A DNA stretch of 64,000 nt from Flectonema sp. DT1601 (taxonomy: Eukaryota), in the NCBI GenBank assembly GCA_964019425.1, contig OZ025796.1, positions 496,001-560,000 of the forward strand. The letters run 5' to 3'. Every line of letters starts with the position of its first letter. The stretch's first letter is position 1. The notes below the pieces were generated by a model. The model did not search any database, had not been told where the DNA came from, and saw nothing but the letters and a program-made list of their open reading frames with translations. The position numbers and the translations under genes were made by a program. Positions 35,619 through 48,163 of the stretch are shown piece by piece.

Positions 35619-36454
35619 TAAGTCAACAACAACAAACCAATCCTTCGATACGATACGAGATTCCAGCAAGTAGTGGATCAGAATTACCCTGCGACCCTAC
35701 CGTTTTGCCAATTTTGTGTTTAAACTGCTGTTCTTTTTAATTCATATTACGGTATTTCTACAGGAAAGCGACATGACAGAGCACTTCAATGCTGCTATGA
35801 AAGATTAACAGGTTGGTTTGGAGCAGTTGAATCACACGGGAGAGGTGTGTGCAAATACGAAATCCATTTTGAAGAACGTCATTAATCCTCGATCAATACA
35901 AGGAAGTTAGTAAGGTCAAAATCAACAAACAAAGTAGTGCAAGCGCTGGACAGGCTGATTGCACTGAGCCTGATCTCAATTCAACAGTATTATCAACCGC
36001 GCAATAGCAAAGTAAGAATCACATTTAACCAGCACATCTACACTATTTTGAAATGTGTTTACTGTGCCTTGGTGTGATCCTACATACTATTTCATCGAAC
36101 ACACGCTCTGAAACTTGTTTACGACATAACGGAAATCCACAGTTTACAAAGTATTTATCGACGGCATTGCAAAACAGTTGGAAGATGAAAACGAAAAACT
36201 AATAAAATCTGAGGACGTGAACCACATGGCAGAGATGCTGGCGTACCCATGTGACCCAACATTTATAGAAGAACTTCCCAATAGATTTAAAGTACTTTAA
36301 GATAGTGATGAAATGATGATTTAAAAAGAAGAAGCAGCAACTGCGTGTACTAAATAATAAAAAAAGGTGAACGACTAAAAGAAAAAAAAATTTAGTGCGA
36401 CTAAAAGAAAACATTTATTCATGCAAAACCCGGAGTTCCATGTCGAAGCAATAG

Positions 36455-38373
36455 CAACGACATCATCCCAGCAGGGATTTCCATCTGACGGTCACCGCAA
36501 GGCATCGCTTAATCCGATCGGGGATAGAACAAAACCCGTGTCCTTTGAGAGTTTTATCCTGGAATCTAAGGTCGCTTACTAACACTAGAGCAACCTTAGA
36601 GTCCATCGTTAACGCAACAAACCCTGATATAATAAACCTGCAGGACCTGGCTGAATAAGAACAACAGTGATCTTTTACATATGGATGGATACTCGTACAT
36701 TAGGAGAGACAGGAAGACGGACTCCAAGAGCCGGGGTGGTGGCCTACTGACGTATTTCAGAAATAGTTTAAAGATCTCTCACACCAACGACGTATCATCT
36801 GGATCCTCCAACATTGAGGCGCTCGAATTCAGCCTCTCTTCAACGATAGGTTCCATAACCTTTAAAAAAGTTTATATACCACCCGGTGTATCACGCCTTC
36901 TATCATCATACGATCTAGGTGACATGGCTTTTGGTGACTTTAACGCCTATCATGAATCCTGGTCACAGAAAATACCTACAAAATCAGCAGGCTCAACGGT
37001 CTTTGACTGGATAAATGACAACAGATTGGAGTTAGTTCAGCTCAAACCGACGATTCCGAGACACGGTACAACCCCCGATCTGATCCTACACTCTCCTCAG
37101 CATAAATGTCTGAGCGTTTGCCAATATGACCCTGACGCACTAATGTCGGATCATACACCTATCTTAGCGGACTTCGATATCACAACATTCTCAAACTTTA
37201 GCAACTCACCACACCGCAAATGGCTCCTCAATAAGTTCCAAGATGCGCACTGGATATCGTTTTCCGATACATTGGAATCACACACAACACGACTATTAAA
37301 GATAAAATCCTTGAAACTCTCAAACAACTTTGTCCAAACAGTAGAAAAAGTAGCAATCGCCGAGCTACCCAACACTTTCCCCCAGCCAAGTAGCCTCCCA
37401 AGGTTGCGATAAGGGTTTCTCGTAGACCTACAGAAAAATACGGGAACTCAGGGGTGATAAGACGGTACTTCCAGCACCACGAGCTCCAATGACGTCGCTT
37501 ATAAGCCGTTTCTTCCCAAGCGGCTCTGACAATACTAGGCCAGAAGCTCCAATGGTAAAACCTGGTGACTATGAAACTCCGGAGTATAGTCCTTTCTCGC
37601 AGGAAGAAGCCCGGGCTGTGTTCAGTTCCCTCAAGAGAACTAACAGTGCAGGACCGGACTCCATCTCGAATAACATGCTTCTACATCTGGGTCCGCAAAT
37701 GATTTTGGTACTCCTTCGTATAGCCAGCTGGTCTCTAAGACGAGGTATCCTCACCGAGTGTTTCAAAAAGGCAAAAGTCATTCCTTTTCTCAAAGGCAAT
37801 GGAAAAGACCCCTCAGAACCTTCTTCGTACCGCCCTATTTCAATGACTTCTATTGTTGCAAAATTCATTGAAGCTCTTATCCTTCGCCGATTGGAACACC
37901 TATTGGAGGGGAGCTTAGACCCCAATCAGTCAGGCTTTGTTCCTGGCAGAACTACGGATGAAAATATTGCGATCTTGGCTAACGCTGCGTCGGAAACCAG
38001 ACAAGACTTCGAAAAATGTGGCGTATTACTCTTCTTCGATATCTCCGGAGCTTTCGACAACGTAAGCCATCGTATATTAGTTGAAAGGCTTATCCCGCTA
38101 TTGCCCAAACCTTATGTACGATGGTTAGTGGACTTCCTATCAAACCGTTCAGCGCGGCTCCTTTATGGAAAAACCTATTCGAAGAATATTGATTGTAATA
38201 AGGGAGTACTGCAGGGTAGCATTCTGGGACCTTTTCAGGCTGTACGTCAACACACTCCCACACTCTGTCACGAGTTCTCTGGCGCTCCCAGAGTCCATAC
38301 TGCATCTTCGGCGCACTCTGCTGCTCCGCTCCACAGGCAGGTTCTTGCACCGATGAGCCCTGGGTAAAAAAAT
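36455..38373 (+). mobile_element. Degenerate non-LTR retrotransposon (ingi/L1Tc-like): 2A-like peptide, AP endonuclease, truncated reverse transcriptase
   Basis: RLIRSGIEQNPCP-LRVLSWNLRSL...PDIINLQ (36506-36643), then a frameshift into TWLNK...RRDR...RGGGLLTY, GDFNAYHESW, TTPDL and SDH (APE). RT ORF 37489-38367 has SAGPDSI, SYRPISMTS, QSGF, FDISGAFDNV and GVLQGSILGP, then frameshifts to LFRLYVN. No YADD motif. It ends in a short A-run; the boundaries are approximate and I found no TSD. Confidence 0.9.
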
Positions 38374-38494
38374 TGTTCTTACATAGACTGGTCTGCTTGC
38401 AACCTTTTCTTCTAATTCATTCCTTATGCACTACTGATATATGTGAAGCACTTTATTTTTGTTTACCCCCACCAACAGTTGATCGAAAGACATT

Positions 38495-41400
38495 ATGGCA
38501 GCGTTAGACACGGACACGTTTGAAGTCCGGTTGTCGACCGTAAGAGAAAACATGCCCATGGACATTGATGGTGTCCTCATGTTGCGTGGTGCGAAGAAGA
38601 AAGATCACTCACAGTATATGCCAACATTTGCCCTTCAGGCATACCTTTTGAGAAAAGAGTTAGCAAACTGCGTTGTGTACATGGGCAGAGACAGAGTTCT
38701 TGTAGTAGCGAGTGAGAAGTCATGCAAGGGATTATCTGCTCTTGAAAAGATTGAGGGATTGACATTAATTCCATATGACCCAAAGGCTGAAAAGGAGGAA
38801 GTCGAAACAGTTTTAAAAACAAAAGTACTCAACGAAATGAAGTGCGATAAGATCGGTGTTTTGCTGGAAGACTTGGAATCTATGTCAGGTACCCTCGCTG
38901 ATTCCTTCAAAAAAATTGTATTTTCGGTGAAAGCTAAGGTCGACATCACTTCTGAAATCGCGCAAATGATGCGAAAAAAGGATGAAAAAGAATTAGATGC
39001 GCATACCAAAGCCGGTGCTTTCCTCAGTGCACTTATGCAAAAAGGAGTCATGAGGCAGTTGCAAGATTTTTGTGTCATGGACCGACCAGTCAAGCACAGT
39101 GAAATAACTGCGAAGGTCGACAAACTCCTTGAAAATCCGGAGAAGCTAAAGGGAATTAGTGAGACAGTCGCAGCAGACATTTGGCCTGCATTCGCTGCGG
39201 TGGTATCCAGTGGAGATCACACATTGGAGTTTCCTCCAGCGGAGGAGGCCACGGAGGAAGACAAAGAAAAGTTAAAATTAACAAGTATCATCGCAGTCAT
39301 AGGCGCCCGTTGGAAATGTTACTGCGCCACTGCTGGTCGCACCCGTTTGATTGACCCCGATGAAAAGCAGCAAGCAGCTTACGATGCCGCTATCGCAGTC
39401 AGAACAGCTCTGATTGAAAAACTTCGCCCAGACGCAAGTGTCTCTGATGCAGCGAAGGCGGCTGTAGCGGCATGTCCAGAGGAGTTTCGAGGTAACTTAC
39501 AAAAGACATTTGGCTCCGGTACGGGTCTTATTCTTCACGATGCAGGCCTTTCGATTTCGGCTACAAATGAAGAAAAACTGCAAGCTGACACAGTACTCAC
39601 CATAGTTGTTAACTTGTCGGGGATGAAGAATAACAAGAAGGAACCATATTCCATTGTGTTTGTCGATACTCTTATTGTCAACAGCAAGCCTGATGAGGAA
39701 CGCATCGTCACAAACGGATGTAAAATAAAACGCTCTGACGCGACTTGGAACCTCACTGAGCAGGAAGAAGAAGAAGCGCCTAACGAGGAGGAGATCAGAA
39801 AGCGCAAAGAGAATAGAGAAAAGAAGCGATCGGAGTCAAAGGCGGGACAATGGCAGGCGAGGCAAAATGAAATATTGGAAGAGAATATTGAGAAGCAGAA
39901 GAAGATGACCAAAGCTCAGAAGAATGCCCAAAAGGTTCAAGACAACAGCTACCCATCGCGACTCATGAGAAGGCAACTGGCGCTCAATGCGGTCGCCAGA
40001 AAGGGCAAAGACATTACGGTGGATGCTGGCAACAATCTTGTCTACCTGCCAATAAACGGAGTTCAGTTCCCCTTTCATGCTTCTACAATTAAATTAACTC
40101 GTCAAAAGACTGAGGGTGATACTTATTCTTTCGGACTTGATTTCAAAACAACACAAATGACACCATTTCAGGCATATCCAGAGCTTGCCTTTATGAAAGA
40201 AATTTGGTTTAAGTGTCCTATCGAATTAAAAGACAACCTTGAAATTCTGAGAGGAAAAGTCAGAGAAATGATCAACGAGTTGAAAAAAAAAGAAAGAAAC
40301 GACGCAGAGCCTCAATCGCAGGATGGACTCATCAAAACTCCGGGCGGAGGAGAAATTCTTAAGGACGTGTATGTAAAGCCAAAATTACAAGCAGGTGCTG
40401 GTATGCTAAAGCTACTTGTAAATTTGGAGGGACATGAAAACGGATTTCGGATTACTTCTGCGAAAGCAAAGAATGTTGATATCTTGTATTCTAATGTAAA
40501 ACATTTAGTTGCGTGTCCTCACACACCTCGCCATGATATATCAGCTGGTGTTCACATAAGGCTACACAATCCGGTTAAGCTACCTGGTGGTCAAATCACG
40601 AAAGATATCCAAGTCTGGACTCCTGTCCGAGATGACGAGGTAGTTACTGGTGAGAAAAATGAAGAAGATGAAGATCTGGAAGAAGACAAGGAAAAACAGA
40701 TAATTAAAAACATCAACAGACAGTTCGTGAGGTTTGTCCAGTCGTTTAAGACGAAGCTTCCAAGCGGTTCGATTGAAATCCCAGACCCAGAGGCCTACTT
40801 CGAGGGAAGCATAGCTGGTAAGGATTTGGGAACTTTCTCCTGCACTGCTGCTACTATCAACTCTCTTCTGGACACGACCGAATTCTTCGTCGCTACCATG
40901 TCGGAGATAGAGGTGATTGTATTCGAAAGAGTTGTTCAAGGTATGTGCACCTTCATATCACTGCATCAGCAATTTTCTCCACGTCTACTTTATAGCAGTG
41001 ACTTGTTACGCAATGGCTTTCGCGCTAGTATCTTAAAGGGATGAACAATTCCCTTGCCTTTCCACTTTATCATCGACTTCAAAGAATATTGTCATTGTTT
41101 TTACATTAGTACTTTTTGGATAAAACAAAACGATCAAACAGGTCAAAAGAGTTTCGACGTCACTCTCATTCCGAAGGACTACACGAAACCTGTGCTCAGC
41201 ATCAGTAGCGTTCCTAAAAGTGAATTAGCAGTTCTTAAGGAGGTGATGAACAATATTTATGGGTTGAAGGTTTGCATTTATCTTATTATCATAATTATGA
41301 ATGTTGGCGACACAACCGTTCTTTTTTTTTTTTTTTTGGCCCATCAGTACTGAATGGAAAACAACAACTAATAACAGTACTATGAAATTGAACACAACAA

Positions 41401-41746
41401 CAACTGGAAGGTGGTAATGAAAGAGATTAAGGAAGCAGCTGAAGAAGGAAAGTGGGAAGCCTGGGAAGAAGATGGTGGATGGGAAGGAATGATGAATGAG
41501 GACGTTTCTGAGGGATCAGAATCAGAATCTGATTCAGACAGTGAAATGGTTTACGAGCCTTCATCCGATTCATCCTCGTCAAGTGATGACTGGAGTGGGG
41601 GTTCCGACGTCGCCTACAGCGACCATTCTGGCAGCGACAGTGAATCGTCGATGGATGACAGCGAAGCAGACCGCCGTGCCAGAGCTGCAGACAAACGCCG
41701 CAAAGACGGAAAAGACTCAAGCAAGCAGACTAAGAGACAAAAGTAG
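38495..41746 (+). CDS. SPT16: FACT complex subunit SPT16, ~980 aa
   Basis: Exons 38495-40940, 41142-41269 and 41378-41746 (introns 40941-41141 and 41270-41377). Peptidase-like N-domain (GARWKCYC), LPINGVQFPFHASTIK, LEGHENGFR, DILYSNVKH, FERV/KSFD, NWK..MK and GGW motifs, and an acidic tail. Confidence 0.92.
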
Positions 41747-42509
41747 TCGTCTTTATTCTTACAGACGCTAAAAGAAGAACAAGATCCGACGAGGCAGCTG
41801 GCGGAACAGTGCGGTCCTCACCATACCTAAGTAACTTCGTTCCCTCCTACCTCAACGGCTGTTGTTTGGAGAAACTGTACGAGGAAGTAATCCTTTGTGG
41901 AATCGGAATGTGTTGCTAACTCTCTTTATTCAAAGCGTTAGAAATGGGAGGAGAAATAAAATAAATAAAACAACCGAACGTATTCTGGAAAGAAGGAAGC
42001 ACTTGGTATACCCTGAGCCGTACAATACTTCTCTGCAAGTTGGATGAATTGAGGAGAACAGTTTTATGTTTTTTTTGTGAAGAGGGTATCGCGCTGCTTA
42101 GCGCGTCCCTCAATAAACGAGAAATGAAAAAAGAACAAGAATGGTGAATGGTTGGTTAGTGTCATAGATTTTTTTTCTGCCCTTCCACGCCGGTTGTTAA
42201 ACTGACATGGGAAGGCATTGTGTTACCAATAATTCGTTGTTGCCCTAAAGGTGTGGGGTCAAAAAAAAAGGACAAAAAAAAATAAAAATAAAGAGGGATA
42301 AAAAAAATGCTCGCAATTTCTGCGGTGACTGAGTTCAAAAGACTAAATAGTAAGTGTGGTCTAGTGACATTAATAAAGTAATAATATTCAGCTTGTGTGA
42401 AATAAAGGTTCTTCTTCTTTTAAATAGGTCAACTTCAAAATGAAAAGTAAAACTGATAATCGATGAGGATGATTAATATATTTTTTCTCGAAGGTCTAAT
42501 TACATAACT

Positions 42510-43163
42510 ATGAGGGGCATTACATGTCCCATGTGTAATAGTATAGAAAAGAGTAGCAGGCATGTCTGCAGAGTAGCTAAGAAGGCAGCAACGTGCAGCC
42601 CTTTTGATGAGAGTTTTCCTTCATCAGCAGCGAGTTCCAGCAGCGGGGAAACTCGAGTTATGTTTTGCGATGATTTAATTTATAATAAATTAGATGAAAC
42701 GATGGGGCTCACGGTGCGTTCGAAAGAAAAAATGAATAGCGTACAGGTAGGCGACAGAGTGGTAACTCTCTGTCTTCTTGCCGCCGTATGCAAGACTGAA
42801 ATGAACGTCGGGACCACTGGCAGAGTGTTGCAATGCCTTTGTAAGGATTTAATTATATTTAAAACAGATTGCGGTAAGACTTGTTATGGAGAGGCTCGCG
42901 ATCTTAATGTTTTAGGACCTCTTCCTGTTGGTCAGAAAATATTCACAACCGCACCTCTCATTCTCACTTCTGATGACCTTTCTCTTAAGATTCCTTCGAA
43001 CAGTACTGCCGTAATTAAATCCTTTGAGGAAGGAACTAGTAAGGTCACCATCTGTCTTTCACGGGGTCCTACTTGTACAATAAACTCTACTGATGTAATT
43101 CCTGATTATAGGGTTACTAGGAGTTCTTTCAAATCACTTTTTAAAAAATTTTTGAGAGAGTGA
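42510..43163 (+). CDS. Hypothetical protein, 217 aa
   Basis: ATG-initiated ORF in otherwise AT-rich DNA, on the same strand as all other genes. N-terminal CxxC...HxC and two loosely repeated VG(D/Q)(R/K)-initiated beta-rich segments. Confidence 0.6.
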   Translation: MRGITCPMCNSIEKSSRHVCRVAKKAATCSPFDESFPSSAASSSSGETRVMFCDDLIYNKLDETMGLTVRSKEKMNSVQVGDRVVTLCLLAAVCKTEMNVGTTGRVLQCLCKDLIIFKTDCGKTCYGEARDLNVLGPLPVGQKIFTTAPLILTSDDLSLKIPSNSTAVIKSFEEGTSKVTICLSRGPTCTINSTDVIPDYRVTRSSFKSLFKKFLRE

Positions 43164-43377
43164 TCGATCCCAAAAAAAATATTATTTCATAACAAAGGAA
43201 TTTATTTATTTTTCAAAAAGAAAAAAAAAAAAAAACTCCTCGTTGTGATTGGATACAAACACCCCCCCCGCCTTTTTTTATTTTATTTTTAAATTTATTG
43301 AACCTCTTCAGTTGATCGAAGAACCTGTTGACTGTTGACTGTTCAGCACCTGCGAGTAAACTTGCAAATGTGAAGAC

Positions 43378-43512
43378 ACCCAATAAACGGTTTGCAGCAT
43401 TTCACACGCAGAAACCTGCGGAGAGTCAAATGCCTGGAATTCCGTACCCTCATGTGAGGCAATTAAATACCCAATAAATGGTATGCAGCATTCTCAAGCA
43501 GAAACCTGCAGA
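43378..43512. repeat. Imperfect ~45-bp direct repeat pair
   Basis: ACCCAATAAACGGTTTGCAGCATTTCACACGCAGAAACCTGC (43378) and ACCCAATAAATGGTATGCAGCATTCTCAAGCAGAAACCTGC (43469). Confidence 0.75.
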
Positions 43513-45464
43513 AGTCTGCTGTTGTCTTTAATGACTTTCTTATACATAAAGATCAATTATTCATACTGAAGAAACGTTTGATACGATACTTGTGTTAATA
43601 ATATTTTGTAGATATTGACTACAAGAGTGGAATAATTTATGAATCGACGAATTGGTATGCCATGTCAGGTCACGCAAGACAGGTTCTCGGACACGAAACA
43701 ATTATGCATCCAAACACTTGTTGCAGCTGGGCATATTTGTTTTGAAAAAATTGCACACGTCGATGTTATTCAACTTGCGGTCGGTTATTATGTGAACAAG
43801 GTAAAATGAAATAAAGAAAACCCCGCTTTTTTTTCTTTTTGTTTCCATTTATGTTTTTCTTTCCCTTTTTTGCCTTCTTTCTCGTAAAGCAGGTTTAGTT
43901 AAAAGTAGTTAGTTAGTTAGTTAGTTATTATTTTGTGTGTTCCGCTCTCAATTCAGGGCATCTGTTCATACACACAATTAAGAAGCAGTTATTTCGAAAT
44001 TTTGGAGTGCTTCGTGTTAGTTATTTATTTTCATTTTCGTTCCCCTCTCCTCCCCTTCTTTTTTTTTTTTTGCTCTCACTAGCCGGATCACGGTTTCGTG
44101 CACAAACAAAACTTATTTTTTGTTTTGATTTGTTTTGTTTTGTTCTTCGTTCTCTCTTTTTATTATAATTTCGTATCTTCTGCTTTATAACATTAAAAAC
44201 AGTCAGTGAGAGCTTCCCTATTGAGTGACAATAAGTAGCTGTCACCCGTGTGCTCTATAGAGCTTGGTCATCATGCTCGAACCGCGTGAAATTATTTTAA
44301 TTTGTTTTCTTCCCTTTCGTTTATTTCTAAAAATTACTAACTCGCGAACAGATACTAAGGATTGCGGCTTAATCGGAAATTGAGATTTTTCTTAACTAAA
44401 GAAAGTTCCTGTAGTCTAAAGTGTCTTCTGTCTGCCATGCATGAGGTGAGCCTTGGTAATCACCTACTTCTGGTTAGCTTGCGTCTCGGTAGTCTTTCTT
44501 GACTACCAATAGACACAAGACTGTGAGTGATTAAATAATGAATACGCTATTCCTTCCTGGGAGATTGAACCACCCCCTCAGGTAGTGAAAGAATAACTGG
44601 TTTACGACAACCCTTTGTTGATCGTCAGTTCGTGTTTTAATTATTTCCCGTCCCCTCCCCTTAATTTGTGTTGTAGGTCTACCTTTGTACAGACTACTAC
44701 TCATGAGATACCCGCTTGATCAAGTAAGCTTCAGCATCATTTAGACTGGCAAATTAATCCTCTCCTCTGACCTCCCCTTCTAGCTTGAATTCTGTTTTAT
44801 CTCTTTTAGTAATCACCTTCATGGACTCTTGTTAGTTTTTCCTGAAGGATTCTGATGAGACAAAAAACTAACTGCATCTGTTTCATTGAGTACCGGGGGA
44901 TTGTGCCGTAAATAACTTTGTTTACCTCAGTGCAATTCGTTCATCTAATATTTGGTAACTCGCTAACCGACTGTAAATTCAAACTATGAAATGAGTCGAA
45001 GGCAACTTATAACTGTTGTCGTCAGTACAAAAATAGCGCGATACCCTAATTCCATTTTTCTATTTTCATGGGGAAAGTTCCCTCTGTAGAGAACTTAACT
45101 TGAAAGATACAAATGATTGGCGTCGCTAGCCATCTTATCGTTGTCTTCACTAACTAGCTAGGTAGCTTCACCATTCTTTGTTTTCGAATTAAAAATGTGT
45201 TTTAAAAAAAAGAAAACACACCAGTATAGGTTTTATCTTTTCATCAGTGTTTTTTCCGTTTTTAGTATGTTGCAGCAATCTCTGATAGAACTGTTTTAGT
45301 TAATTACCTTTTCCTACTTCAGGTCAAGAAGATTTCAGTATTATAGACTTTCAGGAAAATTGTTCAGTTTCGAAAATCAAAAAAAAAAAAAAAAAAAAAA
45401 AAATTACTTGGAATTTTGTTGTCATTTAGGTTATCAGGTGCGGAGAAGAAAAAAAAACGAGGAA

Positions 45465-47450
45465 ATGATGCTTTCGCGGTGGGGACGTGTTGGGCTCGTT
45501 AACCGATCAGTAGTTCAGAGAAGGACATTCGCAGGTACAGTTGTTAATGAAAACCCGAACCCTTGGACTGAGTCGGGAGGTTGTGCAAAACACTTAGCAG
45601 CTGAGCTCGACCTTGGCATGTACGAAGAAGGAGTAATATCAGAAAAATCTGGACTTGGAATATGGAGTGGGGCGTTAGTACAACGAAATGCCATCGCACT
45701 CGGAACCTCAATAGAGCAATACAGCGCCTCGACATTAGCTAGTAAAGAAAGAATTGTTTTGTGGGAATACTTCCGAATCGACATCGAGCGTGCAATCAGA
45801 GACACCTTGAAAGATGACTCAGTTAAAGTTCTAATGATGGGAGGTGTCGCTCAGGGTATGGCAACATTCGATGGTGACGTAGACTTAATTGTTGTTTTAC
45901 CTAATCATCTTAGCCAGCTTCGAGATCGATCTCGGGTCAGGAATATTTTTCATAATATCTGTCGGGGTTTAAAAAGAAATGGATTTGACGGTTTTGTGAT
46001 ACCAGCACGAGTTCCAATTATTCAGTACAGACCTAATACTTCTCTCGGTAAGTTGTTTGAAAATGGAGGAGCGGACAACGTATTTCGATATCTTAAAATC
46101 ATAGATGGCAGTCCTGCTGAAGAATTGTGTTCATCAATTTCAGATACTCTATCAAGGTCTGTTAGAATAATTAATGTTAGCGGCGTCGGAAAGGTGTTGG
46201 AATTTGAGCTCGCAGCCAACGCTTTCAGCGCAATGTTCCGATTTCCTAGAAAGTTAGAATTACTTCATTTCCAACCTAAGAAACGTTCAGCTGAAGATTC
46301 TGCTGCACGAATTTTAGAGCTTCGCAAAAAGCTCGGCGATAGGTCGATAAAAGAGGGAGAAGAAAATATAAAGATAAGTCCACCGCTACCACCTCAAGAC
46401 ACTGACGGTAGTGTTACTATTGATGATATACTGAGAATAGCTGCAAAGGGTCGGTCAGGTGGTCTGACTGGTGCTTATGTCCCCTACCCATTTGCGGTAG
46501 ATCTTTCTATTGCAGTGAATGAGGCACCTTGGGGACCTCGTAACAGTGAATTACTTCGAAGGTATTGTTCAGATTCTCGGGTGAGAAATCTGGCAATGTT
46601 TGTAAAATGGTGGTCAAAGCATTCTTTACCAGTTCAAATCAACGCCAGTCGATCTGGGTGGCTCACATCTTACTGCGTGTTAGTGATGTTTGTACACTTC
46701 ATGATTCGTACAGAGAAGTTAACCTTTATCGATCCTGAATCAATAGAACCAATTTTGAGTGCAGAAACTGTTTATCCAGACGTTAATGAAATGACAGACA
46801 CCGACAAAATTGAAATCGTTCGCGATTTTTATAATTTTTGCTGGTTCTACGCCACAGAGTTCGATCCCGCAACAGAGGTAGTTACCATACTGACCCCCAA
46901 CAGGAAGCAACGATCAGAATGCACTGCTAAAGTAATGTCTGCTCGCAATGTCGCTATAATAATTGAGGATCCCTATGAGGACAGGTCTCTTGGACATAAT
47001 ATTAACGCTGATCAACTAGTTAGTATCAGAGCTTCATTCTTGGCTGCCGCCAGGAGCCTTCGTGAGTCCCTAACTGGGACAGCGGAACGTTCAATTTTAT
47101 TGGGAGTTCTTAGAGAGAGAGGAAGGGGTATCTTTGATAAGTATTTCCCAGAATTTCCAAGTGGTACCAGTAATGATACCACTTGTAAAATATGTCGTCA
47201 TAATGCTAAACGTCCAAATGGTCAACACGCTGCGAAGCATCTGAATGGTCTTTGTAAACCATGCGCTGATGCATTTGAGTCTTCATCGTTGGCGTTATCG
47301 TTCTTTGCCAAGAGAACGGGTAGTTCTCGTATGGTTACGGAACAGGTTCACATCACAGAGCAACGGAGACAGGAGAGAAGCCTTCGCGATCAGCAATTCC
47401 TCGAAAGGAACAACAAAGGTGATCGAGTCTATCAATCTCATTCTGTTTAA
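45465..47450 (+). CDS. Terminal uridylyltransferase (RET2/MEAT1/TUT4-like non-canonical nucleotidyltransferase) with a putative mitochondrial presequence, 661 aa
   Basis: ATG at 45465. MMLSRWGRVGLVNRSVVQRRTFAG is presequence-like. Pol-beta motif GGVAQGMATFDGDVDL, ARVPIIQY, third Asp in AVDLS, GPRNSELLRRY, VKWWSK, GWLTSY and the nucleotide-recognition motif IEDPYE. Confidence 0.85.
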   Translation: MMLSRWGRVGLVNRSVVQRRTFAGTVVNENPNPWTESGGCAKHLAAELDLGMYEEGVISEKSGLGIWSGALVQRNAIALGTSIEQYSASTLASKERIVLWEYFRIDIERAIRDTLKDDSVKVLMMGGVAQGMATFDGDVDLIVVLPNHLSQLRDRSRVRNIFHNICRGLKRNGFDGFVIPARVPIIQYRPNTSLGKLFENGGADNVFRYLKIIDGSPAEELCSSISDTLSRSVRIINVSGVGKVLEFELAANAFSAMFRFPRKLELLHFQPKKRSAEDSAARILELRKKLGDRSIKEGEENIKISPPLPPQDTDGSVTIDDILRIAAKGRSGGLTGAYVPYPFAVDLSIAVNEAPWGPRNSELLRRYCSDSRVRNLAMFVKWWSKHSLPVQINASRSGWLTSYCVLVMFVHFMIRTEKLTFIDPESIEPILSAETVYPDVNEMTDTDKIEIVRDFYNFCWFYATEFDPATEVVTILTPNRKQRSECTAKVMSARNVAIIIEDPYEDRSLGHNINADQLVSIRASFLAAARSLRESLTGTAERSILLGVLRERGRGIFDKYFPEFPSGTSNDTTCKICRHNAKRPNGQHAAKHLNGLCKPCADAFESSSLALSFFAKRTGSSRMVTEQVHITEQRRQERSLRDQQFLERNNKGDRVYQSHSV

Positions 47451-48163
47451 AGAAATGTTGTTACTCAAGTTATACAATCGTATTAATAAGATAGATGAAA
47501 ACATCAAAGTAATAGTTTTCAAAGGTACTAATCTTATGACTCTAACACGACCTCGATTCTTGTCATTTCATTTGTTTGTTTTTATGAAGACGTGGACTGG
47601 TCAGATCGTCTTCTTCAATTGATCCGTGAGGCTGATGCCACGGTCGTTAAGGACAATATTCACATCACTTTTATCACTACGGACCTACTAGTTCTGTAAT
47701 CATAGTCAGGTTAGGATTTATGTTTGTGTAGTCACAATTTACCTCAAGCCTGGAGCTTGTTAAAATAAATATTTTTTTTATTTTATTTCCTTTTTTCCCC
47801 CATATTTTATTTTTTTAGATAGAAAGGTCTTACAGCCGCCTCCTCCCAAATCTGGTCGGTCAGCTCATAGAGAACATGATCCAGGGGAACGGTGTGAAGG
47901 GGAAGAAGAAGAGGGGGGGAAAAAAAGACAGTGACAACGGAAAAAAAAAACAAAACAAAACAAAGCAAAACAAACAAAGAAGTAGCCAATACTGTTGCCG
48001 TCGTTATCGTTGTGTTTCGGATGTTAAATAATTTTGATCGTTTTTTTTTCCTCTTTTTTTTCCCCCCTTTCTTTTCAGAATCAAGAACAGATCATATCGC
48101 GAGTTTGCGTTTCCTTTTTACTTATCGTGTGTCAAAGCTTCCTTCCTTACCAAGGTTTGAACA

